Shown: piece after piece, positions 18,690 to 28,852 of the stretch
Layout: every line of letters begins with the position of its first letter
How positions within the stretch are numbered: position 1 is the first letter of the stretch
Assembly: GCA_965660445.1 (NCBI GenBank)
Contig: CBFIAK010000001.1
Location: forward strand, 320,001-384,000
DNA length: 64,000 nt
From: Patescibacteria group bacterium
Lineage (GTDB): Bacteria > Patescibacteriota > Gracilibacteria > UBA4473
Direction: 5' to 3'
Notes under the pieces: model-generated
Told to the model about the DNA's origin: nothing
Databases searched by the model: none
What the model saw: only the letters and a program-made list of their open reading frames with translations
Program-made: the position numbers and the translations under genes

Positions 18690-20171
18690 TTAGATTTCTT
18701 CCCAGTTCCCGCCAAAGTACTGAGCAGAAATATTGTTTTTTTCAGGGAGTAATACCCATTTTTTATCATTCGTGAGTTGGTATATATTTCCTGGAGCAGG
18801 AATAAAGATATCTGTTTTTTGATGATTTTTGAGTTCTTTGAGTTTGTCTCGTAACGTCATCATTGCAGTGTCTTCTCCGTGGACGAGAAAGGTTGCTTTT
18901 GGTCGACCTACATTTTCTGCAAATCGCAAGAGTCCTCTTTGATCAGCATGAGCAGAGAATGCATTAAATATCTTGACATCAGCATTCAGTGGATACGGAT
19001 CACCGAAGATATTAATAACAGGTTCTTTTTCGACTAGTTTTCGCCCAAGCGTATTTTGAGCCATGAAACCAATAATAAGAATAAGGTTTTTCTCATCGGT
19101 GATATTGTTTTTTAAATGATGACGAATTCGTCCTGCCTCACACATTCCACTGGCAGAAATAATAATACATGATCCAGGAAAATCATTGAGTGATTTTGAT
19201 TCCTCTACATCACGTACGAAATGAAGATTTTCACCTCTTGGACGGAATGGATCTTGACCTCTTTCAAACATTTTATGAAGTTCTCGGTCATAGCATTCTG
19301 GGTGTAGCTGAAAAATCTCTGTAGCAGAAGTTGCCAGTGGAGAATCTACAAAAATAGGAATTTGTGGTATTTTCCCTGCGTGTTCAAGTTCTCGAATGAT
19401 ATAGAGCACTTCTTGAGTTCGTCCAACTGCAAAAGAAGGAATAATTATTTTTCCACCTCGTTCATATGTCTCTTGAATACTTTGTGCAAACAAATCTTCT
19501 ACATCAGCGATTTCGTCATGAAATCGGTTTCCATAGGTTGATTCAGTAAGGAAAACGTCCGCATCATGCAGTTGTACTGGGTCTTTTAAGATAGGGAGAT
19601 TTCGTCGTCCGAGATCACCTGTAAAAACAAGTCGAATGTCTTGTTGAGTATCTAGATCATGGATTTCCCATTCTTCAGTGGCTGATCCAAGAATATGTCC
19701 TGCATCATGAAACGTTACTTTTACTTTTGGAGCAGGATGAAATGATTGTTCATATCCAACTGACCGAAAAAATCCCAATGTTTTTTCTGCGTCAGCAATT
19801 GTATAGAGTGGTGTTGCATTTGGGTCTTTGTTTTTCTTTTTAATCCATTCAGCATCTTTTTCTTGAATATAAGCCGAGTCTTTGAGCATGATACTGCATA
19901 GATCACGAGTTGCGTGTGTGCAGTAAATAGGTCCCTCAAATCCTTTTTTAACCAATAAAGGTAGCAATCCTGCATGATCTATATGGGCATGCGAAAGAAC
20001 AACTGAATCGATGCGATGGGCATCAAAAGGAAAGTTTTCGTTGGCAGCAATAGTTTCAAACCGTCTTCCTTGAAAAAGTCCACAGTCAAGAAGAATCTGT
20101 TTTCCGTTTATATGGAGTAAGTGTTTGGATCCCGTGACATTTCGAGCGGCTCCGGCAAATTCTATTTTCAT
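18690..20171 (-). CDS. MBL-fold beta-CASP ribonuclease
   Basis: SHAHIDH, AGHILGS, FTGDLG, ESTYG, FSAHAD, VHGE. Confidence 0.95.
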   Translation of the reverse strand: MKIEFAGAARNVTGSKHLLHINGKQILLDCGLFQGRRFETIAANENFPFDAHRIDSVVLSHAHIDHAGLLPLLVKKGFEGPIYCTHATRDLCSIMLKDSAYIQEKDAEWIKKKNKDPNATPLYTIADAEKTLGFFRSVGYEQSFHPAPKVKVTFHDAGHILGSATEEWEIHDLDTQQDIRLVFTGDLGRRNLPILKDPVQLHDADVFLTESTYGNRFHDEIADVEDLFAQSIQETYERGGKIIIPSFAVGRTQEVLYIIRELEHAGKIPQIPIFVDSPLATSATEIFQLHPECYDRELHKMFERGQDPFRPRGENLHFVRDVEESKSLNDFPGSCIIISASGMCEAGRIRHHLKNNITDEKNLILIIGFMAQNTLGRKLVEKEPVINIFGDPYPLNADVKIFNAFSAHADQRGLLRFAENVGRPKATFLVHGEDTAMMTLRDKLKELKNHQKTDIFIPAPGNIYQLTNDKKWVLLPEKNNISAQYFGGNWEEI

Positions 20172-20382
20172 GAAATAAGAGTGTTTATGTGTATATGAAA
20201 AATTCTTTTTATTGTATCATAAGTGTATCAGAAATACAAGGAATACAAATCTATTTTCTCTTTCAAAACAAGAGTATCGTTTTTTTTTGAAGCTTTCATT
20301 CTCTGTTTTTTGGTGTATGAACTTTGTTTGACAAACAAAAAATATTGACTAGAGTGATTGAGCATTTTTTTATATTGAACCG

Positions 20383-20757
20383 ATGTCACGAATCTGCGCC
20401 CTTACCGGAAAACGAACAAGAACAGGGAATAATCGCCCATTTTCATTAAAAGCCACTCGACGTGAATTTCGTCCGAATTTGTTTACCAAACGGGTTTTTA
20501 ATCCGAAAACAGGACGAATGGAAAAAGTGAAATTATCAGCAAAAGCCATTAAAACTTTGAAAAAATGGGAACGGGAAATGTTTGGTGATGTGCTTGTGCC
20601 TCAAGAACAAGAAGCTGGAACAGGAAAACATATCAAAAAAGATAAATTGACTCCAAAACAAAAGAAAGAATTAGCAGCAGCCCAAGAAATGGCTCAAAAA
20701 GAAATGGCAAAACCAGGAATTGTGAAAGATATGGAAACAAAAAAGAAAGGCGAATAA
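20383..20757 (+). CDS. rpmB: 50S ribosomal protein L28 with C-terminal extension
   Basis: MSRICALTGK...GNN..S...TRR.F.PNL. Confidence 0.95.
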   Translation: MSRICALTGKRTRTGNNRPFSLKATRREFRPNLFTKRVFNPKTGRMEKVKLSAKAIKTLKKWEREMFGDVLVPQEQEAGTGKHIKKDKLTPKQKKELAAAQEMAQKEMAKPGIVKDMETKKKGE

Positions 20758-20782
20758 AGATTTCTTTTTGTATTCTTATTAG

Positions 20783-21253
20783 ATGAGTATTTTAATTCTT
20801 GAAAACATACGGTCCTTACATAATGTGGGATCGTTTTTTCGTACGGCTGATGGAGCAGGGGTTTCGAAAATTTATTTATCTGGATATACGGGAACACCAC
20901 CCGATAGACGTATTGAAAAAGTTTCGCTTGGGGCTGAGGATTTTGTGGAATGGGAGCATGTGGTTGATCCTTTGTTGGTATGTGCAAACCTAAAACAAAA
21001 AGGGTATGAAATTATTGCTGTAGAGCAAACAGCTCGTTCTGAGGATATGTTTTTGATGCACTGTGAATATAATCGTACGGTATTTATTTTTGGAAACGAA
21101 GTAGAAGGAGTGAGCGATGATCTTTTGTCTATTGCTGATAGACATCTTGAAATCCCTATGTTTGGAAAAAAATCATCACTCAATGTATCTGTTGCGGGGG
21201 GAATAGTGCTGTATGCGATGAGAGAAGAATCGCTTCAGAAAAGGGGGAAATAA
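20783..21253 (+). CDS. SpoU/TrmH family RNA methyltransferase
   Basis: NVGSFFRTAD, FGNEVEGV, IPMFG..SSLNVSVA. Confidence 0.93.
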   Translation: MSILILENIRSLHNVGSFFRTADGAGVSKIYLSGYTGTPPDRRIEKVSLGAEDFVEWEHVVDPLLVCANLKQKGYEIIAVEQTARSEDMFLMHCEYNRTVFIFGNEVEGVSDDLLSIADRHLEIPMFGKKSSLNVSVAGGIVLYAMREESLQKRGK

Positions 21254-21311
21254 AATTGTGTTTTCGTGTTGAGGTTGTATACTAAGAGCAAATATACACA
21301 CAAACATTGTT

Positions 21312-21821
21312 ATGAATACGTCACCTTCGTCTCATTCTACATTTGTTACCCTTATGGCTTGTTTTTTTATAGCGTTAGTCGTAGGGAGTATTGGGTTTTA
21401 TCAATGGCGATTATACCAACTCAAAAATGCAATTTCTCTTACCGAAAGTCGTATTAAAACAAAGCAATCAAGTGTTGAGTCGTTAGCGGGTGGAGTGTCT
21501 TTTTCTGAGTTTCTACAAGCGTTTGAGTCAGTAGAAAACGCACGTGATTATAGAATACAATGGTCAGAAGTGGCATCGTTTGTGTTGGCGTTTGAATCAC
21601 CAACTATGCGGTTTACTAATTTTTCTTCTACGGAGTCTCAACAGATTTCCGTCACTGCGACAGCACCCACAATGAGGGATGTGCAAACACTGCTTCAAAA
21701 AATACAAACACAGTCTGCCAAAGCTTCAAATTTATTTCTTACTTCTTTAAGGAAACAGAAAAATAGTGCAGGGGTAGATGAATATGGATTTGTATTTACT
21801 TTTCAGTTTTTATCTTCATGA
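21312..21821 (+). CDS. PilN-like pilus alignment protein
   Basis: TM, coiled coil, ferredoxin-like C-terminus; position upstream of pilO/pilC. Confidence 0.65.
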   Translation: MNTSPSSHSTFVTLMACFFIALVVGSIGFYQWRLYQLKNAISLTESRIKTKQSSVESLAGGVSFSEFLQAFESVENARDYRIQWSEVASFVLAFESPTMRFTNFSSTESQQISVTATAPTMRDVQTLLQKIQTQSAKASNLFLTSLRKQKNSAGVDEYGFVFTFQFLSS

Positions 21822-22330
21822 GAGCGTGGCATATCTTAACATTTTTAGTTGGAGTTATAGTGTTGGGAACATATGTCCAGCCGTTGCGGGAAGATGTGCG
21901 AAACCAAGAACGAGTTTTCCAAACAAAAGAGTCTGAAATAGAGACATTAAATGAACAATTAAATACCATTACACAACTACAAAAAGAGAAATCAGAGTTT
22001 GCAAGCGAATTTGTAGACTCTATTCCTCTTGCTCCTGAGCAAGATGCATTATTACAAGATCTTTATACCCTCACTCTTCGGCATGGGTTTGTTTTTGATG
22101 CCGTTTCGTTTACTCGAGGAGAAAACCCGCAAGTCGGTATTCGTGAGATACGAGCTTCTTTTAATACAGAAGGATCAAAACGAAACCTTATTCCTTTCTT
22201 GAAATCCATTGAAGAAAATAAACGGTTTTTGGGGTTAAAGAATTTGAGTATTACTACTTCTTCAGAAGGCAGCACAGAAACGGTTCGGTTTGGAGTGGAT
22301 ATCTATGCGTTTTATCAACAAGATGAATAA
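21818..22330 (+). CDS. pilO: PilO-like protein
   Basis: TM, coiled coil, IP....LL, FLKSIE...R. Confidence 0.75.
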   Translation: MRAWHILTFLVGVIVLGTYVQPLREDVRNQERVFQTKESEIETLNEQLNTITQLQKEKSEFASEFVDSIPLAPEQDALLQDLYTLTLRHGFVFDAVSFTRGENPQVGIREIRASFNTEGSKRNLIPFLKSIEENKRFLGLKNLSITTSSEGSTETVRFGVDIYAFYQQDE

Positions 22331-23496
22331 TGAGTATACAAACCCACAAATCAAAGAAAACACAACGACGATCTATCATTTACGGAGTAACTGATCGGCG
22401 AGGAGATCCTTTGGCACAGAAACTGAATGATTTTATTATTGATCGTACGACCATATCGTTAAAACAAAAAAGTTTGTTTTTTCATTCGTTGCAATTATTA
22501 GTGAGTTCGGGTGTTGAGTTCACAAAAGCATTAAAAATTCTCGCTGATCGACAAAGAAATGAGCGTTTTCATCGAGTTCTTGATACGATAGTATATGACA
22601 TGATGATGGGGGGAAAAAGTTTTTCTGATGCGTTATCAAAATACCCACAAATATTTACCCAGTCTGATGTGAAAGTGATTTATGCAGGAGAAATATCAGG
22701 AACTATTGAAGAAAATTTGGCTTCGCTTTCTCGTCAGATTTCAAAAAATCTTGAAGTGCAAATGCGAGTACAGTCTGCTTTAATGTACCCAATTACAGTT
22801 TTGGTCGCTATTATATTGGCTGTTTTTGTGGTTATGCTATGGGTTGTCCCTCGGTTTATGGTGCTTTTTAAGGATTTTCCAGCGTCTCAGTTACCGTTTT
22901 CAACAAAAGTATTGATGGGAGTTTCTGAATGGTTTCAGTTGTATTGGTGGATGATGGCTTTTTTTATAGGAGGAGGATGGATAATGTTTCGAAACTGGAA
23001 ACAAACAGAAATTGGAAAACGGGAATGGCACGGGTTTGTATTATCAATTCCAAAAGTGAGAGATATTGTTTCACAAATTCAAACGATTCAGATTGCCAGT
23101 AATTTTTCGAGTTTAATGCAGGCGGGAATTCCTGTAGAGAAAGTATTAAAAATCATTAGTCAGATTGTCTCCAATAGTGTGGTTGGTGATGCTTTAGCAC
23201 AAGTACAGAGAGATACGGTGCAGGGGGTGCCATTGCATGAAGCGTTTCAGCGTCAGTCAGTATTGGATGAAACGTTATCGGAAGTGATTGAAATTGGAGA
23301 ACAAACAGGAAATATTCCAGAAATACTCAAAAAAACATCAGATCAATATGAAATGGAAGTTGATAGTCAATTGAAGAATATAAATACCATTATAGAACCA
23401 GTGATTATTATTGTTATGGGAGGAATGGTGGTATTTATGGCATTGGCGATTCTGACTCCGATTTTGCAGTTGCAAGAATTGTTTACAACCGTATAA
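22330..23496 (+). CDS. pilC: Type IV pilus platform protein PilC/GspF
   Basis: Two GspF repeats (AGE.SG, ALMYP; IGEQTG, IEP). Confidence 0.92.
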   Translation: MSIQTHKSKKTQRRSIIYGVTDRRGDPLAQKLNDFIIDRTTISLKQKSLFFHSLQLLVSSGVEFTKALKILADRQRNERFHRVLDTIVYDMMMGGKSFSDALSKYPQIFTQSDVKVIYAGEISGTIEENLASLSRQISKNLEVQMRVQSALMYPITVLVAIILAVFVVMLWVVPRFMVLFKDFPASQLPFSTKVLMGVSEWFQLYWWMMAFFIGGGWIMFRNWKQTEIGKREWHGFVLSIPKVRDIVSQIQTIQIASNFSSLMQAGIPVEKVLKIISQIVSNSVVGDALAQVQRDTVQGVPLHEAFQRQSVLDETLSEVIEIGEQTGNIPEILKKTSDQYEMEVDSQLKNINTIIEPVIIIVMGGMVVFMALAILTPILQLQELFTTV

Positions 23497-24009
23497 ATGA
23501 AAAAAAAGAAAGGGTTCTCGTTGATGGAGATGGTGGTGAGTATGGTTATCATTGGGTTATTATCGAGTGTAGTAACTCCTACTTTTTTAGGGTATCAGCG
23601 CCAACGAGCATTTGATTTTTCGGTAGATATATTACAGACCAGTTTCTACCAAGCGTTTTCGAATGCACGGTCAGGGATTACTATCGTGAGTATTGAGGGG
23701 CATCAGAATGCTTCTGGATATACGATTTTTGAGTGTCCTTATAATGAGAATATTCGATGTGATGGTGATGTTAAAGAGAGTGTTATTACTTTTATCGATT
23801 ATGAAAACGGAATAAGGAATGAAACGAGTTTCTTTTTACAGTTTTTGCCTCCACTTGGAAATATTGATATTCAGAATTCTCATATACACAATACTTCATT
23901 AAATAATACAGAAGGGAGTCAGTTGACCCTTGTACAAGAATCAACGGAAAAGAAAAGAAGTTTACGGGTATACCCAAGATCAGGATTTATAGAAGCTATA
24001 TTTGAATGA
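23497..24009 (+). CDS. Type IV prepilin (minor)
   Basis: KKG/FSLMEMVV cleavage-methylation motif. Confidence 0.85.
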   Translation: MKKKKGFSLMEMVVSMVIIGLLSSVVTPTFLGYQRQRAFDFSVDILQTSFYQAFSNARSGITIVSIEGHQNASGYTIFECPYNENIRCDGDVKESVITFIDYENGIRNETSFFLQFLPPLGNIDIQNSHIHNTSLNNTEGSQLTLVQESTEKKRSLRVYPRSGFIEAIFE

Positions 24010-24542
24010 TACAATTGAAACCTCGATATCGACAAGGGTTTTCCATTATACAAGTAGTGGTTTCTATTGTGATTTTCGGAATGACTATGTCGACAACGGT
24101 TTCATTGGTGGGGGGTGTTGTGCGTCAAAATGTCGATAATAAAAACAGAATTACCGCTATTTATCTAGCGCAAGAATGCGTAGAATTAGCCCGGAACGTG
24201 CGAGATAGTGCATGGAAACAGTATTATCCTTGGGATTGTGCGTTTGATACGGTTGGGGCATATACAATTGAACCTTTCTCTATTACAAATAGATTACTTC
24301 AGCCCGATACATATATGCCTTTGTGTCAGAAAGATTTTGGAGTACACGTGACTCTAGCAGCAGAAAAAAATATTTTTTTTCTGAATTCTAATCGGTACAC
24401 ACATACCGAAGGAGGGGAAAATACTGGGTTTTCTCGAGTATTAAAACGAAAAGATGATATTTTGTTTTCGTGTGAAGTGCAGTGGGGTGAAAATGAGGTA
24501 GTAGAAATTCCGTTTTATTTAACTGATTGGAACCAACAATGA
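24006..24542 (+). CDS. Minor pilin (PilV-like)
   Basis: QG/FSIIQVVV (Q at position 5), A.YLAQE..E. Confidence 0.8.
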   Translation: MIQLKPRYRQGFSIIQVVVSIVIFGMTMSTTVSLVGGVVRQNVDNKNRITAIYLAQECVELARNVRDSAWKQYYPWDCAFDTVGAYTIEPFSITNRLLQPDTYMPLCQKDFGVHVTLAAEKNIFFLNSNRYTHTEGGENTGFSRVLKRKDDILFSCEVQWGENEVVEIPFYLTDWNQQ

Positions 24543-25066
24543 ATTACAAAAAACAAGGGGTTACGCTGATTGAACTCTTAGTAGTGATTGTCACTTCTGC
24601 GATTGTGCTTTCGAGTGTAGTGGCGAGTTTTGCATCGCTTGTGGGGGTCGTGGAAAAAATAGATGTGTCGAGACAACTTCAAAAAGAAATACATTTTGCA
24701 CTTGTGAGAGTGGCTGATAGTATGCGAGCGTATGGGATTGATTATGAAGCGTATGAGGGAGGCGACTGTATGGGGCAATCAAAAGAATCGGCAACAAAAG
24801 TCTGTTTTGGGAATGGTTTTGTCTTTGAGAAGAAAAAAAGAGAGAACCGTGAGCATTCGGGATTTTTTATGAATGGAGAACCTTTGTTTTCATCTGTATT
24901 TCATGTGAATGACGTGAATGTATTTGATATCACTCCTCGGGAGAAAGACGATATGAAAAACTATCAACCAAAAGTGACCATTTATCTTGATGTTGTTTCA
25001 AGACAGTATCCCGATATTTCGTTTCAAATTCAAACAACTATTTCTTCACGAGTGTATAACCAATGA
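24539..25066 (+). CDS. Minor pilin (PilW-like)
   Basis: QG/VTLIELLV, C-terminal QTTISSR; ATG at 24539 overlaps the upstream stop. Confidence 0.85.
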   Translation: MNYKKQGVTLIELLVVIVTSAIVLSSVVASFASLVGVVEKIDVSRQLQKEIHFALVRVADSMRAYGIDYEAYEGGDCMGQSKESATKVCFGNGFVFEKKKRENREHSGFFMNGEPLFSSVFHVNDVNVFDITPREKDDMKNYQPKVTIYLDVVSRQYPDISFQIQTTISSRVYNQ

Positions 25067-25875
25067 TGAATGTTTTCTTTCGAGTTCAAAAGAGATGTTT
25101 AAAAAAATCTCCTCGAAAGCAGGGGTATGTGCTTTTGGTTACGTTTTTACTATCAGGTTTTATTCTTACGTTAGGGCTAGGACTCGCTCATGTAATAACT
25201 CAAGAAATTCAGTTCTCAGCAGACTTGTTATGGGGAGAGAAATCGTATTTTGCTGCTGAATCAGGGGTTGAGTATGCACTTTTGGATTTAAAAACACAAC
25301 CTGTTTCTTTTGTGCAATCAGAAATGATTCTATCCTCAAACGATGTATCGTTTTTTCTAGAGAATGGAAATCAGGTGAAGGAGTATCAAAAAACACTTCA
25401 ACCACTCGAAGCTTTACAGTTTCGATTACAAAAAGATATTGATATTACGAAAGAGTCTGATATTGAGTTTGGGATTCCAAACTCAATTTCTGTCTCACAG
25501 ATGGCTTTTTGGGAATTACAGTGTCAGAATGCAGCTGAAGTACAGGCTCTTTCTGGAAATATCGAGTCTCAGCGGAGTGTTCTCATAAGGGAAATGGAAT
25601 CTGAAAATACAGCCCCTCCCCAAAAAATCTCTGATTTTTTAGAGAATTTAGATGAAGATGCTATGTGTTTTCTTACTTTAGAAAACCTGAGTGACACAAA
25701 TATAATTGATATTGTATTACAATCACACGAAGAAGATTCTGATCAGTTTACACCTCCCATAGCAACGGTGAAATCACGAGGTGTTGCGGGAGGTCGAGAG
25801 AAAATTATTCAGTTTGAGTATGCACAGAAAAATTTAACACGGTTATTTCGATTTGGGTTTTTGAATCAAAACTAA
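25063..25875 (+). CDS. PilX-like minor pilin
   Basis: QG/YVLL, SYFAAESGVE. Confidence 0.8.
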   Translation: MMNVFFRVQKRCLKKSPRKQGYVLLVTFLLSGFILTLGLGLAHVITQEIQFSADLLWGEKSYFAAESGVEYALLDLKTQPVSFVQSEMILSSNDVSFFLENGNQVKEYQKTLQPLEALQFRLQKDIDITKESDIEFGIPNSISVSQMAFWELQCQNAAEVQALSGNIESQRSVLIREMESENTAPPQKISDFLENLDEDAMCFLTLENLSDTNIIDIVLQSHEEDSDQFTPPIATVKSRGVAGGREKIIQFEYAQKNLTRLFRFGFLNQN

Positions 25876-25880
25876 ACCAG

Positions 25881-25975
25881 TTGACAAATATTGAAAAAAA
25901 AATAATGTATGGACGCGTTTCTACGCAGACGGGCAGAAGTGTTGAATATGTTTCAACCCCCGCTGAGTGATTCTT
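25881..25975 (+). promoter_or_regulatory. rplU promoter and structured leader
   Basis: TTGACA at 25881; hairpins GCGT-ttct-ACGC and GTTGAA-tatgt-TTCAAC in a GC-richer UTR. Confidence 0.5.
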
Positions 25976-25989
25976 AATATTTTATTCTT

Positions 25990-26313
25990 ATGATAGCAAT
26001 CGTACAAATTGGAGGTCATCAAGCTTTAGTACAAAAAGGTGAGGTGATTGAAGTTGATAAACTTGATGCCGAAGTGGGATCAGAAATTTCGTTTGAAACA
26101 TTACTTGTTTCAGAAACTGATGGAAATAATTTTGCTGTTGGATCACCTACTTTAAAAGATGTAAGTGTGAAAGCAAAAGTTTTAGAACAAGGAAAAGGAG
26201 ACAAAATTCGTATATTTAAAATGAAACCTCGAAAACGGTACCGTCGAACACAAGGACACCGACAAGAGTATACATTGATTGAAATTACTGAAATTTCAAC
26301 ATCAAAAAAATAA
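25990..26313 (+). CDS. rplU: 50S ribosomal protein L21
   Basis: AIVQIGGHQ, KIRIFK.K.RK.YRR..GHRQ.YT. Confidence 0.97.
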   Translation: MIAIVQIGGHQALVQKGEVIEVDKLDAEVGSEISFETLLVSETDGNNFAVGSPTLKDVSVKAKVLEQGKGDKIRIFKMKPRKRYRRTQGHRQEYTLIEITEISTSKK

Positions 26314-26410
26314 GCTGTAAAAGAAGAGAAAGAGGATTCTAAAAAAGAGACTTCAAAAAAAACATCAGCAAAACCAAAAGCTGATACTAAAAAATAAACC
26401 TATTTGATGT

Positions 26411-26833
26411 ATGTCTGACGAATCAAACGTTCCCGTACAAGACGATAATCAATCATCGAGCGAAGGGAGACTCCCAAAACGTGATACATCTTTGTTTATT
26501 ATTCCTCCACATCCAAATACAGTGTTTAATGATGTGGAGTTTTTGGATTTACTAGAAGGGTCTATATCACTTACCCTTGAAGAAAAAAAGAGAGTTGTAC
26601 AAGCCATTCCTCGGCTTGATCAAGCTCAAGTGAATGAACTTATTGATATTTTTCATGAAGAACGTGAAAAGTTTTCAACACTGGAAAAAGAGTTCTCACA
26701 AGATGTCGAAAAACTAAAACGAGAACGTGAAAAAGAGTTGGAATTACTTGCTTTACAGCAAGAAGAAGCAAACGAAGACTCAGGTGTGCTTGATGAAGCC
26801 GAAGCACTGAAACGAAAACTAAGAGGCGAATAA
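26411..26833 (+). CDS. Hypothetical acidic helical protein
   Basis: 140-aa ORF with coding-like composition, followed by a hairpin and T-run. Confidence 0.75.
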   Translation: MSDESNVPVQDDNQSSSEGRLPKRDTSLFIIPPHPNTVFNDVEFLDLLEGSISLTLEEKKRVVQAIPRLDQAQVNELIDIFHEEREKFSTLEKEFSQDVEKLKREREKELELLALQQEEANEDSGVLDEAEALKRKLRGE

Positions 26834-26846
26834 AACGCCTTTTTTT

Positions 26847-27896
26847 TTATTTGTTTTTTTCGTCGATAATCATTTGTTGGTAGATATCTCGTGCTTTTTC
26901 AGCATCACTTCTTTCTTTTTTGAGGTTTTCTACTTTTTCTTTTGCGTCTTTTATTGCTTCTTCAAGATCTTCTATTTCCTCGTCGAGTTGGTCTTTTCCT
27001 TCATCAGAAAGCCGATTTGAGTTGGTAAGGTCGGTTCTTGTTTTTTCAAGGATTTCGAGTTGTTGTTCTTGGCGATCAATATCTCGTTCTCGGTTATTGA
27101 TATTGTTATTCAAGTCTGATATGCTTTCGTTCATGTCATCAAACTGTTTTTCTATTGATTCAAGAGGGTTGGGTTTGTTACGAGTTTCGTCTTCAAAACT
27201 TTGTCCAGAATAGACGAGATTTAAAACAGTTTTCACAATTACATATGAAAATATGATCAATACAAGACTTATGGCAGACCACATGAGTCCTTTTTTGGCG
27301 GTTTCTACTTGGTCACTGCTTCCAGTAGAAACGACCAACGTAAACCCATTAATAATAAGAAAGAGAACGGCTACAGACCCAGCAAGAATAGTGATTCCGT
27401 TTGCAAACCTTTGGAAAAAGAGAGTTATATCAGATGCATCGCCACGAAGACTCTTTTCGTCAGCACCAACCAAGTGTTCTGGATAGACCGTTAAAAACCG
27501 GTCATCATTTCTATCTATATTTTGGGCATCTCGTAGAGCCATCCGTAAATCGTATGCGTTGTCTTGTGCTTCTTCCACACAGCGAGCTCTAAACATTGTT
27601 TCTCGTTGGTTCTGAGCGTTAAATTCCGTTACAAATACGTTCATACACGTAAACCCAGAAAGACATGTCTTTTGTTCACAACTACATCCATTTTTATCAA
27701 CAAAATAAAACCCATCACTATCAACTTGTGTTCCTGGGCAAAGATCATCTTGGTCTATTACACAATCTTCGTCTTGGTCTTGTACGCTACTATTTAATAC
27801 ACAATTTCGTGCATATCCAGTATTGGGAACACTTTGTGCGCCTACAAGAGATGTGAAAGATGTAAGTGAGAAGAGAAGAAGAAAAAGAAATCGCAT
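26847..27896 (-). CDS. VirB2/TrbC-like pilin-domain protein with TSP3-like Ca-binding repeat and C-terminal coiled coil
   Basis: Signal peptide; DQDEDCVIDQDDLCPGT..VDKNGC; TM-G....G...AKK..W-TM-SY hairpin. Confidence 0.7.
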   Translation of the reverse strand: MRFLFLLLFSLTSFTSLVGAQSVPNTGYARNCVLNSSVQDQDEDCVIDQDDLCPGTQVDSDGFYFVDKNGCSCEQKTCLSGFTCMNVFVTEFNAQNQRETMFRARCVEEAQDNAYDLRMALRDAQNIDRNDDRFLTVYPEHLVGADEKSLRGDASDITLFFQRFANGITILAGSVAVLFLIINGFTLVVSTGSSDQVETAKKGLMWSAISLVLIIFSYVIVKTVLNLVYSGQSFEDETRNKPNPLESIEKQFDDMNESISDLNNNINNRERDIDRQEQQLEILEKTRTDLTNSNRLSDEGKDQLDEEIEDLEEAIKDAKEKVENLKKERSDAEKARDIYQQMIIDEKNK

Positions 27897-27899
27897 GGT

Positions 27900-28838
27900 T
27901 TAAAGATTTGGTGAAGGGGTGGGTGATGGTTGAGGTTGGGTGTCATCAAATTCTAAGTATTCAGTCGGTGTGAAAAATTCTCGACACTGGTATTGTTCGG
28001 CTTGATAGGCTTCTTCTGTAGTAGAGAAAATAAAATATGTTGCTTTCATGATTGAGTAACTGAGAATAATCAAAAGGATTCCAATAGAAGCATATATAAA
28101 CCACATTTTAGCCCCCTCAAGTGCACTTGGATCGTCTCCATTATAAATAAATTGTATCCCTGCATAGAGAATCATCACCAGTACTATAGGGGCAATAACA
28201 CTAAAAATAATACGGACAATAATTGGCATGTAATCAAGTAAAAAGTTGCCGTCACAATTAAATCCAATAACTCCTTGTGGAAGCATGTTTAAATTATGCC
28301 ATCGGCTCAAGAAGTTTTGGTACTCGAGTTGTTGTTCTCGCAGTTTTTGTTGTTCATCGGCATATCGGTGTTGTTTATCGGCATATCGGTCTGGAGCATC
28401 GGTGTCTGTTTTTTGTGCTTCTTCAATAAGCCGTTGCATTTCCTCTTCTTCTTGTTGACACTGTGGACGTCCTTTTTGTCGGACACAGTCTTCAAATTTT
28501 ATTTCTGCTTCTCTGGCATTCCCTTTAAACGTATTCTGCGATTGTGTATATTTATCAAACTCTCGTTTTTCGGCTTCTAGATCTTGTAAAGCTTGGGTGA
28601 CACGGAGTTGTTGTTTTTGTATTTCAAGTTGATGTTGGAGGAGTTCTTCTTTTTCTGCAGGAGTCATGCGTTGGATAATTTGTTCCATGTTTTCTGGCAC
28701 CGATTCAGACCCTCTCCATGAAGGGAACAGTGATTGTTCAACCAGATCAAAATGAATGGTTTCTTCTTGGGCATGTACATTTTGTTGTATGCCAATAAGA
28801 GTCGCAAACGTCAGGATGAGAAAAAGAAATCGTTTCAT
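27900..28838 (-). CDS. VirB2/TrbC-like pilin-domain protein with N-terminal coiled coil
   Basis: Signal peptide, Q/E-rich coil, ILYAG...GD....GAK...A.IG.....SY. Confidence 0.7.
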   Translation of the reverse strand: MKRFLFLILTFATLIGIQQNVHAQEETIHFDLVEQSLFPSWRGSESVPENMEQIIQRMTPAEKEELLQHQLEIQKQQLRVTQALQDLEAEKREFDKYTQSQNTFKGNAREAEIKFEDCVRQKGRPQCQQEEEEMQRLIEEAQKTDTDAPDRYADKQHRYADEQQKLREQQLEYQNFLSRWHNLNMLPQGVIGFNCDGNFLLDYMPIIVRIIFSVIAPIVLVMILYAGIQFIYNGDDPSALEGAKMWFIYASIGILLIILSYSIMKATYFIFSTTEEAYQAEQYQCREFFTPTEYLEFDDTQPQPSPTPSPNL

Positions 28839-28852
28839 AAATACAAAAAGTC

